Shown here one piece after another: positions 16,848 through 23,666 of a stretch of 52,838 nt of DNA. Source of the stretch: an uncultured bacterium (GTDB lineage Bacteria; Patescibacteriota; Minisyncoccia; UBA6257; 2-01-FULL-56-20); the NCBI GenBank assembly GCA_963745135.1, contig CAVUWW010000013.1:1-52838 (forward strand), given 5' to 3'. The translations under genes and the position numbers were made by a program. Positions within the stretch are counted from its first letter, which is position 1, and every line of letters starts with the position of its first letter. Under the pieces are notes generated by a model, which saw only the letters and a program-made list of their open reading frames with translations, made no database searches and was not told the origin of the DNA.

Positions 16848-16865
16848 CTCGTTCATTCAGTTCAA

Positions 16866-16896
16866 AGGCGACCCTCTTGGGTCGCCTCATGTTTTT
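16866..16896 (+). terminator. terminator-like hairpin 2
   Basis: Stem aggcgaccc / gggtcgcct, loop tctt, then catgttttt. Confidence 0.55.
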
Positions 16897-16975
16897 AGCG
16901 TTGCGTTGCAGGTTTTTTGAACCAATCCTTCTTTTTATTATATCGAGCTTGAAAATTTATCCATTTTAGATCACG

Positions 16976-17015
16976 GCGTCCGCCCAGAAGAAATTCCGGC
17001 GGGCGCATTTTTTTT
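16976..17015 (+). terminator. intrinsic terminator abutting the tRNA-Glu 3' end
   Basis: 9-bp stem gcgtccgcc / ggcgggcgc with one G.U pair, then T8. Confidence 0.55.
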
Positions 17016-17016
17016 G

Positions 17017-17091
17017 TACCGCCATCGGGATTCGAACCCGAGTTCCCGCCGTGAAAGGGCGGTGTCCTAGGCCGGGCTAGACGATAGCGGC
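17017..17091 (-). tRNA. tRNA-Glu (anticodon UUC)
   Basis: Hand-folded cloverleaf: acceptor GCCGCUA/UGGCGGU, anticodon stem CCGCC/GGCGG with loop CUUUCAC, T-arm UCGGG-UUCGAAU-CCCGA. CCA is not encoded. Confidence 0.85.
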
Positions 17092-17168
17092 ATCTCGGAA
17101 TTATAGGAACAAATTTTCAATGAGGCAACACGGAGCATTACGCGAAGCTGCGCTTCGCGTCGTCCAGA

Positions 17169-17435
17169 CCCCATTTCCATAATATCTCCAGCCCGCGTTG
17201 CGAGCAATTTTGCCCGAGTGCCAGGCGCGGCGAAGGAGACAATGGCTCACGCCATGGCTCCGAGTCCCAACGCCGCGATTCGGGCGAAATCGCCGCAACC
17301 CTCCGGGATTTGCCCAAACGCCGCAATGGCTGCGTTGCCTTGGGCTCGCGGTACCGAAAGGTACGGCTTCGCCCTCGCGCCTTGCCCTTGCGGCGCTTGG
17401 GTCGAATCGCGGGCGGAGAGATTATGGAAATGAGG
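17169..17435 (+). ncRNA. unclassified structured RNA, copy A (paralog of 23196..23465)
   Basis: 21-bp closing helix (17169..17189 with 17415..17435). At least 5 further helices change compensatorily relative to copy B. G.U pairs favour the plus strand. Confidence 0.7.
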
Positions 17436-17545
17436 TCACCACTAGACGATGGGAGCCGTCTTCAGGAGTTTAATAAATTTCAGGCGTTCCCGCAACTTTT
17501 TTTTATTGTTGGCAGGGCACGAAATTCATAATACAATTGATTTAT

Positions 17546-18314
17546 ATGGCAAGAGTCATCGCGGTTTGCAACCAGAAGGGCGGTGTGGGGAAGACCACGA
17601 CCTGCACTTCACTCGGCGCTTACCTCGCGCTCGCCGGACGACGGGTGCTTTTGATTGACTTTGACCCGCAGGCGAACGCGAGCTCGGCTTTCGGGGCACC
17701 ATTATGCGAACGTGATGAAGAGCATCTATCACGGCATCATCGGTGCGGCGTCGCCCGAGGAGATCACGAAGCCGACCGCGATCTACAATTACCATTTGAT
17801 CCCCGCCGCGCCGCATTTGGCGGGGATGCTCATCGAGCTTGTGGGCGAGCCGGAGCGGGAATACTTTTTGCGGAAGTTCGTGAACCGCGTGCGGCACGAG
17901 TACGATTACATTCTGATTGACCTGCCGCCGAGCTTGAGCTTGCTCACCGTGAACGGGCTTGTCGCCGCGGACGAGGTCATCATCCCGGTTCAGGCGGAGT
18001 ATTACAGCTTGGAGGGCATCGGGCAGCTGCTCGAAACGATTGAGCTTATCAGGAATAATTTGGGGCATCCGATCCGCGTTTCGGGCGCGCTGATTACGAT
18101 GTATAATAAGCGGGAGCACTTGAGCCGCGAAGTGGCGAAGAACCTACGCGACCATTTCCCGCATCGCGTGTTCGAAGTTGAGATTCCGCGCAGCATTGCG
18201 CTCGCTGAAGCCCCAAGCTACGGCATGCCGATCCTGCTCTACCGCCCGGATTCGAACGGTGCGGCGGCGTATAAAAAATTGGCGGAGGAAATTATAAGAG
18301 AAGAAAGGGCATAG
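17546..18314 (+). pseudogene. parA: chromosome partitioning ATPase ParA/Soj, interrupted by a +1 frame break
   Basis: [18 protein letters not shown] (deviant Walker A) is in one frame and [14 protein letters not shown]... to the end is in the +1 frame. Deleting one G of the GGGG run at 17693..17696 fuses them. Confidence 0.8.
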
Positions 18315-18358
18315 GGTGCAGAACTCTTAACCCCAGACCCTAAACCCCAGACCCTAAA
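18307..18358. repeat. inverted array hairpin, GGGCATAGGGTG / ACCCYAR units
   Basis: The loop gcagaactctt is shared with the element at 30484. The left arm overlaps the parA stop and the right arm abuts the parB ATG at 18359. Confidence 0.75.
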
Positions 18359-19414
18359 ATGCTAGGAAAAGGTTTGGAATCATTGATTCCCCAAAAAAGC
18401 GGCGGCAACGGCGACAATAACGACAGTCATGACGACGGGCAGATTTCCGTGCCGCAAGACGTGAATTCAAGTCTGGCGCCTGTGGATGAGCCGGAGGACA
18501 TGGGTCTCGGGTCTAGGGTCTCGGGTCTAGGGGAAGAGAAAAAATCAGAAACCCTAAACCCAAGACCCCAGACCCTAAACCCTAAGCCCGAACAAATTTT
18601 CGGTTCGATATTCCAGATTGAAGTTGACAAGATCTCGCCGAACCCGGACCAGCCGCGGCGGCATTTCGACGAGACGGCTTTGCACGACCTTGCGCGTTCC
18701 ATCCGCGAGTTCGGTTTTCTCCAGCCGCTCGTAGTCTCGAAAATCGAAAAGGAATCGCCGACGGGCATTGACGTCGAATACCAGCTCATCGCCGGCGAAC
18801 GGCGTTTGCTTGCGGCGAAATTGCTTGGCTTGCGGCTCGTGCCTGCCATTATCAGGAACGTCCATCTCGAGCGTGAAAAATTGGAGCTTGCCGTCATCGA
18901 GAACATCCAGCGCGAGGACTTGAATCCCATCGAGACCGCGCACGCGTTCCAGCGGCTGCAGGAAGAGTTTCGCATGACCCAGCGCGAGATTGCGGCGAAG
19001 CTCGGCAAGTCGCGGGAAGTTGTCGCGAATACCGTGCGGCTGCTCGACCTGCCGGAATATATCCAGGAGGCGGTCCAGAAAGGGGATCTGTCCGAAAGCC
19101 ATGCGCGCTTGCTGCTTTCGATCGGCGATCCGGGCGCGCAGAAAAGGTTGTTCGACGACATTTCCCTGAACCGCCTCACGACGCGCGATGTGAAGGAGCG
19201 CGTGAAGCAGATTGCAAAGCCACGCGAGCCGCGCGAAGGAGCGGAAATCTCGCCGGAGCTGAAAGCCATGCAGGAGTCATTGAGTTCAGCCCTCGGTGCG
19301 CCGGTCGAGATCCATAAAGGAGCGAACACCGGAAAGATCACGATTGTATTTTATTCGCAGGAAGAGCTGGAGAACATTTTGCAGAAATTGAAAAGCGGGG
19401 AGGGAAATCAATAA
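18359..19414 (+). CDS. parB: chromosome partitioning protein ParB/Spo0J
   Basis: 351 aa with N-terminal GKGLESLIP, ParB box ISPNPDQPRRHFDE and LIAGERRLLAAK. It carries an in-frame repeat-element insert. Confidence 0.9.
   Translation: MLGKGLESLIPQKSGGNGDNNDSHDDGQISVPQDVNSSLAPVDEPEDMGLGSRVSGLGEEKKSETLNPRPQTLNPKPEQIFGSIFQIEVDKISPNPDQPRRHFDETALHDLARSIREFGFLQPLVVSKIEKESPTGIDVEYQLIAGERRLLAAKLLGLRLVPAIIRNVHLEREKLELAVIENIQREDLNPIETAHAFQRLQEEFRMTQREIAAKLGKSREVVANTVRLLDLPEYIQEAVQKGDLSESHARLLLSIGDPGAQKRLFDDISLNRLTTRDVKERVKQIAKPREPREGAEISPELKAMQESLSSALGAPVEIHKGANTGKITIVFYSQEELENILQKLKSGEGNQ
18502..18589. repeat. GGGTCTM / ACCCTAA-type hairpin element inserted in frame inside parB
   Basis: Left arm gggtctcgggtctagggtctcgggtctagggg, loop, right arm aaaccctaaacccaagaccccagaccctaaaccctaagccc. 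Translated as GLGSRVSGLGEEKKSETLNPRPQTLNPKP. Confidence 0.85.
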
Positions 19415-19481
19415 AAAACCGCGTCCGTCCCGATAGCAGGAAACGAGCGCGGCACCAGTGCTGATGGGCGGCAAACGCAAA

Positions 19482-19679
19482 TCAAAAAAGTCCGTAGACG
19501 CAAAGCCCAAGAGACATTACCGACAGTATTGCACAGAGCCACCAGCTATCGTCTCCCATTTCGCGCGTTAGCGAAAAGTCCGCTCCGTGATGCTCAAAAC
19601 ATCCGGGAGCGAACTCGACGAGTCCCAGAATGCCAACTATGATCCAAAGCATAACTCTCCTTCTTATTCCGAGCGGCAT
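19482..19679 (-). CDS. possible small membrane protein
   Basis: 65-aa ORF with two hydrophobic stretches. No recognisable motif. Confidence 0.3.
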   Translation of the reverse strand: MPLGIRRRVMLWIIVGILGLVEFAPGCFEHHGADFSLTREMGDDSWWLCAILSVMSLGLCVYGLF

Positions 19680-19750
19680 CGAATAGCTGGAGAAAATATA
19701 ATATGCTTAACTATTGATGTCAAGCAAGTAAGTTAATTCAGTTCATTTTT

Positions 19751-19790
19751 TCATTTGCTCATTCGTTCAAATGAACGAATGAGCAAATGA
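19751..19790. repeat. 40-nt near-perfect palindrome TCATTTGCTCATTCGTTCA/TGAACGAATGAGCAAATGA
   Basis: Related copies lie at 38499..38522 and 49427..49460. Confidence 0.85.
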
Positions 19791-19792
19791 AA

Positions 19793-19957
19793 CCTGGATC
19801 CCGGGTCAAGCCCGGGATGACAGAGAAGGGATTCCGCGCGCAAATCGAGGCATTTTCCGAGCAGGCGCGGGATGCTTCATTCGCCAAGTGCTGCCGAGGG
19901 AATGAAGCGCCCGCGCCCGCGCAGGAAAATTCAATGGCCGTTTGGATTTGCGCGCGG
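19793..19957 (-). repeat. 3'-flank element (GCGCGCAAATCC ... GGATTTGCGCGC clamp, inner hairpin, GTCATCCCGG REP end)
   Basis: The reverse complement aligns along its length with 35861..36025. It starts directly after the relA stop. Confidence 0.8.
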
Positions 19958-19958
19958 T

Positions 19959-21680
19959 CTAGATTAATCTGTAGCTCGCTTCCTTCACTCCCCTTATCGC
20001 TTTCAATTTCAAAATCAGCTTTTCGATTTTCGCCTTGTCTGTGGATTGGATCTCGATCTTGTCGAACGGGTAGCGGCTGCCTTTGGCGTTGTCGGAATGG
20101 AAGGCGAGGATGTTCATGTGGCTGCGCGCGATCGTGCTCGAGAGGTCTTTGATGAGCCCGACGCGGTCCTCGACGGCGATTTTCAGTTCACAACGGTTAG
20201 CCACCGGCCACCGGCCACCGGCCACCAGTTTTTTACGCTTTCCCGCCGCCCGAATATGGTCCTTCGCGACGCCCGTTGCGACGAATTTGAGCCAGTCGTT
20301 TGACGGTTTCTTCCCTTTTTGCGTGATGATTTCCACCATGTCGCCGGAGCGGAGCTTATGGTCGAGCGGCACGAGCGTTCCATTCGCTTTCGCGCCCACC
20401 GCCGCATCGCCGATCTCGGAATGGACGTGGTAGGCGAAGTCCACCGGCGTCGAGCCCGCCGGCAGGTCAATCACGTCGCCGTGCGGCGTGATGGCGAAGA
20501 TGCGGTCCTTGAAGAAATCGATCTTCATCGCGCGCACGAACTCGTCCGGGTCGGATGCCGCCTCGTTCCCGACATGGTCTTGCCAATTCTTCAGCTGTTG
20601 CACCCACTCAAGCTCTTTCGCAAGTTTTTTCCCGCTTATTTGATTTCCTCGCCCCTCGCTGCTTGCCCCTTGTCTCTGTTTATACAACCAATGTGCCGCG
20701 ACGCCGTACTCGTTCTCTTCGTGCATCTCCTTTGTGCGGATTTGGAACTCGATGATTTTCTCGTCCGGGCCGATGACGGTCGTGTGCAGGCTGCGGTACG
20801 CGTTCGGCTTCGGCATCGCGATGTAATCCTTGATGCGCCCGGGCAGCGGCGGCCACGCGTCGTGGATCAGGCCCAAGACGGCGTAGCATTCGGGGATGGT
20901 TTCCACGATGACGCGCATCGCGACGAGATCGTAGATTTTCCCGAGGTCCACGCCGTAGCGCAGAAGTTTCTTATATAAGCTGCTGTAGCGTTTCGCGCGG
21001 AAATCGATGGCGAGCGGGCGGATATTGTTTTTTTTGAGCAACGCTTCAACTCCTGGCTTCAATTTTTCCAAGTACGCGAGCCGCTCCCTGTATTGCTCTT
21101 TCGTCGTGTCGAGCAGCCACCGGTATTCTTTGGGGTGCAGGAACGGGAACGCAAGGTCCTGCAGTTCGCCGCTCAAATTTTGCATGCCGAGACGGTAGGC
21201 CAAGGGACCGTAGATCTCGTCGGTCTCGAGCGCAATGCGCTTCTGTTTTGCGGGCGGGAGCGCGGCGAGCGTTCGCATATTATGGAGCCGGTCGGCGAGT
21301 TTAATGAAGACGACGCGCAAGTCCTGGCTTAACGCCAAGATCATCTTTCTCATGTTTTCTGCGATATTTTCTTTCCCGCGATATTTCACGCGGCCGAGCT
21401 TCGTCATGCCGTCCACGAGGAAGGCGATCTCGTCGCCAAATTCTTTTTTCAGATCATCGAGCGAAACGCCGGTGTCCTCTACCGTGTCGTGCAGCAGCCC
21501 CGCCGCGACCGTCGCGTCATCCATGTGCCATCCGCTCAAAATTTCCGCCACAGCGGCCGGGTGGCTGAAGTACGGCTCGCCACTTATGCGCTTCTGCCCG
21601 CGGTGCGCGCGTTCGGCGAAGGCGTAGGCCTTGGCTATGATTCCCGTGGGATTTTGCCTGATGAGGTCTTTCAGGGGCAT
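19959..21680 (-). CDS. relA: bifunctional (p)ppGpp synthetase/hydrolase (RelA/SpoT homolog)
   Basis: 573 aa with an HD domain (HRGQKRISGEPYFSHP, HDTVEDT), a synthetase region, and TGS- and ACT-like C-terminal domains. Confidence 0.9.
   Translation of the reverse strand: MPLKDLIRQNPTGIIAKAYAFAERAHRGQKRISGEPYFSHPAAVAEILSGWHMDDATVAAGLLHDTVEDTGVSLDDLKKEFGDEIAFLVDGMTKLGRVKYRGKENIAENMRKMILALSQDLRVVFIKLADRLHNMRTLAALPPAKQKRIALETDEIYGPLAYRLGMQNLSGELQDLAFPFLHPKEYRWLLDTTKEQYRERLAYLEKLKPGVEALLKKNNIRPLAIDFRAKRYSSLYKKLLRYGVDLGKIYDLVAMRVIVETIPECYAVLGLIHDAWPPLPGRIKDYIAMPKPNAYRSLHTTVIGPDEKIIEFQIRTKEMHEENEYGVAAHWLYKQRQGASSEGRGNQISGKKLAKELEWVQQLKNWQDHVGNEAASDPDEFVRAMKIDFFKDRIFAITPHGDVIDLPAGSTPVDFAYHVHSEIGDAAVGAKANGTLVPLDHKLRSGDMVEIITQKGKKPSNDWLKFVATGVAKDHIRAAGKRKKLVAGGRWPVANRCELKIAVEDRVGLIKDLSSTIARSHMNILAFHSDNAKGSRYPFDKIEIQSTDKAKIEKLILKLKAIRGVKEASYRLI
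20201..20228. repeat. intragenic tandem heptamer CCACCGG x4 inside relA
   Basis: Sequence ccaccgg ccaccgg ccaccgg ccaccag, encoding LVAGGRWPVA on the gene strand. Confidence 0.9.
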
Positions 21681-21697
21681 GAGCTTATCTTATAGCA

Positions 21698-21726
21698 GCC
21701 ACTAGCCACTAGCCAATAGCCACTAG
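21698..21726. repeat. single tandem array GCCACTA x4 upstream of relA
   Basis: Sequence gccacta gccacta gccaata gccacta. Same unit as the tsaD-upstream hairpin, but no inverted partner is seen. Confidence 0.8.
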
Positions 21727-21740
21727 GGGCAAAGGAAAAT

Positions 21741-21790
21741 GAAGGCGGTCCTCAAATCTCCAAAGAAGACCGCCTTCGTTTTCCCTTTTT
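21741..21790 (+). terminator. orphan terminator-like hairpin
   Basis: Stem gaaggcggtcctc / gaagaccgccttc followed by gttttcccttttt. There is no upstream plus-strand gene. Confidence 0.45.
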
Positions 21791-21793
21791 CTG

Positions 21794-21802
21794 TGTTATA
21801 CT
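21794..21802 (+). promoter_or_regulatory. extended -10 box TGtTATACT, 7 nt before ATG 21810 (leaderless candidate)
   Basis: Sequence cTGtTATACTttcatccATG. Confidence 0.5.
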
Positions 21803-21809
21803 TTCATCC

Positions 21810-22061
21810 ATGGAAAACTTCGAACTGTCGCCCGAGGCGAAGGCATTGAAGCCGGGTCGGTATCAGCATTTCAAGGGCGATATTATGGAGGTGATTGGCG
21901 TTGCGTTTCATAGCGAGACATTGGAAGAATTCGTGGTTTATAAACATCTCACGGGCGAGCACGCAGGCGAAGATTACTATTGGGTTCGGCCGTTGAAGAT
22001 GTTCACCGAAGAAGTGGAGCGGGACGGGGAGAAAATGCCGAGGTTCCGGCATATCGGATGA
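21810..22061 (+). CDS. DUF1653-like small protein
   Basis: 83 aa. GRYQHFKGDIMEVIGVAFHSETLEEFVVYKHL...WVRPLKMF matches my recollection of the DUF1653 pattern. Confidence 0.7.
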   Translation: MENFELSPEAKALKPGRYQHFKGDIMEVIGVAFHSETLEEFVVYKHLTGEHAGEDYYWVRPLKMFTEEVERDGEKMPRFRHIG

Positions 22062-22073
22062 GGTAAGACAAGA

Positions 22074-22114
22074 GAAGATTCCCTTCGCCGTGCCGCGCGG
22101 CGAAGGGAATCTTC
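22074..22114 (+). terminator. 17-bp hairpin after the DUF1653 gene (no T-run)
   Basis: Stem gaagattcccttcgccg / cggcgaagggaatcttc with a 7-nt loop. Confidence 0.45.
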
Positions 22115-22201
22115 GAATTCGAAGCAGTATGTTAATCCGCGGTCGCAAATCAACCGATCGCAGTTCAAAAACCCTTATTTTGCAAGGTGTTTTGCAGGTG
22201 C

Positions 22202-22231
22202 TTGACAGAAATATTCCCATAGTGCTATAAT
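22202..22231 (+). promoter_or_regulatory. consensus sigma70-type promoter of the DGR target gene
   Basis: TTGACA (22202..22207), 18-nt spacer ending in TGc, then TATAAT (22226..22231). Confidence 0.65.
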
Positions 22232-22361
22232 AGCTTGGTAGGCAAAAGCTCTTTTATAACAGATATTCCAAGGATTTACTGCTTCGTTGCAGCTTCCAGC
22301 TTGTCGCACAAACGATGCGTTGAAAGCTGCAACCAAGCGGCAGAAAGAAGGAGGAACCGCC

Positions 22362-23063
22362 ATGCTTACTCATGGAACCGCCTCGCAACTTCATGTTGAC
22401 GGGGGATACGTTGAATTTCAACAGGCAGTGCTTCGCGCCCTGCCTCACGACATCGATCCGAACATCGCCGACGGGTGGCGAAACAACACGGGAGCGCTCG
22501 CAAAAGTTTTGCGCGAGGCCCTGCTTCCGCCGGACAATCCCGCAACGGAAGCCGCTCCGGTTCCCAAGCCCGAACCGCAACCGCTCCTCATCCCCGTCTG
22601 CACGGAGAAGGTTTTCCCGAGAGTGGCTTTCACGGCTCGCGACCGCTTCGTCGTAAACACGAAGAAGAACGCACCCGTGAAGATCTCCTATCTGGGAGAC
22701 AACTTCAAGGCGTGGTTCCTCGGCAAAGAGGAGCAACCGTTTGCGGGATCGACCCTCAACTGCAGCAAGCTCTCGCGCTACTCCGTCGACGGCCCGATTA
22801 TCAAGGAACTCGGCGGCGAGGAAAAGGCCGAGACCACGCTCGCCGAACTCTTTTCGCTCATGGAAATGCAGAAGAACGGCGAAAGCGGTGCGCTGCTCAC
22901 AAACGGATACGCCAATATCTTTTACATCAAGGATACGGCCGGCGGTCTCCGGACGGTGGACGCGCGCTGGGGCGGCGTCGGCTGGCTCGTGCACGCCTTC
23001 GCCGTGGCGCACCCGTACGAGTGGAGCGACGGGTGCCGGGTCTTCTCCCGCGATTCTCGTTAG
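22362..23063 (+). CDS. DGR target protein (variable C-terminus, no signal peptide)
   Basis: Start moved to ATG 22362, preceded by AAGGAGG at -13..-7. The last 38 codons form the VR. The C-terminus ..WGGVGW...YEWSDGCRVFSRDSR is like C-type-lectin-fold DGR targets. Confidence 0.8.
   Translation: MLTHGTASQLHVDGGYVEFQQAVLRALPHDIDPNIADGWRNNTGALAKVLREALLPPDNPATEAAPVPKPEPQPLLIPVCTEKVFPRVAFTARDRFVVNTKKNAPVKISYLGDNFKAWFLGKEEQPFAGSTLNCSKLSRYSVDGPIIKELGGEEKAETTLAELFSLMEMQKNGESGALLTNGYANIFYIKDTAGGLRTVDARWGGVGWLVHAFAVAHPYEWSDGCRVFSRDSR
22939..23052 (+). other. DGR variable repeat (VR)
   Basis: Gap-free alignment to 23667..23780. All 23 mismatches are at adenines of the template copy. Confidence 0.9.
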
Positions 23064-23111
23064 CACTCGGTCGCTTTGCCCTTTTAACCCTTGGACACTC
23101 TGTCCCTTTGA

Positions 23112-23150
23112 CCCCCGCATCTTCTTCGGAAGCGGCGGGGGTTTTCTTTT
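23112..23150 (+). terminator. intrinsic terminator after the DGR target gene
   Basis: Stem cccccgc / gcggggg followed by ttttctttt. Confidence 0.7.
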
Positions 23151-23151
23151 G

Positions 23152-23160
23152 TGCTATGAT
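23152..23160 (+). promoter_or_regulatory. extended -10 box TGcTATGAT upstream of the structured RNA and TR
   Basis: gTGcTATGAT is the same 10-mer as at 13394..13403. Confidence 0.45.
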
Positions 23161-23195
23161 AAATCACGAAGGCAATGAATTCTGCGGAACGGCTA

Positions 23196-23465
23196 GACCC
23201 CTATCTCGAAAATAATTCAGCTCGCGTTGCGAGCGATTTTGTCCGAGAGCTAGGCAGGACAAGGAGGCAATAGTTTTTACTATGGCTCCGCAGTCCTAAC
23301 GACGCGATCGGACAAAATCGCCGCAACCCTCTGGGATCTGGCCAAATGCCACAATGGCTGCGTTGCTTCGGGTTCGCAGTACCATGAGGTACAGCTTCAC
23401 CCTCGCGCCTTGCCCTTGTGGCATTTGGCCGAGATCGCGGGCGAATTATTTTCGAGATAGGGGTC
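23196..23465 (+). ncRNA. unclassified structured RNA, copy B (inside the DGR cassette)
   Basis: Perfect 23-bp closing helix (23196..23218 with 23443..23465) followed by a U-run. Conserved core blocks and covarying helices relative to copy A. Confidence 0.7.
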
Positions 23466-23666
23466 TTGTTTTTCCGCCATGCCTTCGGGAAAACGCTCTG
23501 CCGGAATCACGTCGGGTACGCTTGCCGTGAGTGCGCAGGACGGAGTACTCTTACGCAACATACGAGAATTGGTATCTGCGGCTGGCGGACTTCTACGTCC
23601 CGAATACGATACAGTCCTGAGAGTAATCGAAGGGCAGTGGCGCGGATGGCCGCGGATACGAGACGA

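Larger units (their letters stand above)
16620..17015 (+). ncRNA. candidate non-coding transcript (unclassified)
   Basis: No credible ORF; the only one is Arg-rich with a TTG start. TTGACT, 17 nt, TAACCT at 16620..16648. Three plus-strand terminator-like hairpins with no plus-strand gene to terminate. Confidence 0.2.

Noticed and set aside
16620-16898. The 92-aa ORF at 16620..16898 and the 86-aa ORF at 33285..33545 as protein-coding genes.
   Set aside because: One has a TTG start and Arg-rich composition, and neither has a recognisable motif. Both lie in regions dominated by stem-loops and terminators.
17169-17435. The two ~270-nt paralogous sequences as a MITE or IS remnant with terminal inverted repeats.
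   Set aside because: The terminal pairing segments are completely different in the two copies while the interior is conserved, and several internal helices change compensatorily. That is the pattern of a structured RNA rather than a transposon with conserved ends.
19787-20152. ORFs translated from repeat elements, such as 19787..20152 (MKPGSRVKPGMTEKG..), 51095..51295, 25208..25360 and 29796..29924.
   Set aside because: They begin in, or consist largely of, REP-like or hairpin elements and overlap real genes on the other strand. The true downstream genes start at later ATGs (25361, 29925).
21741-21790. The hairpin and T-run upstream of the DUF1653 gene as a riboswitch or attenuator.
   Set aside because: The gene appears leaderless (TGtTATACT 7 nt from the ATG), so the hairpin lies upstream of the promoter. 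It is more likely an insulating or bidirectional terminator.
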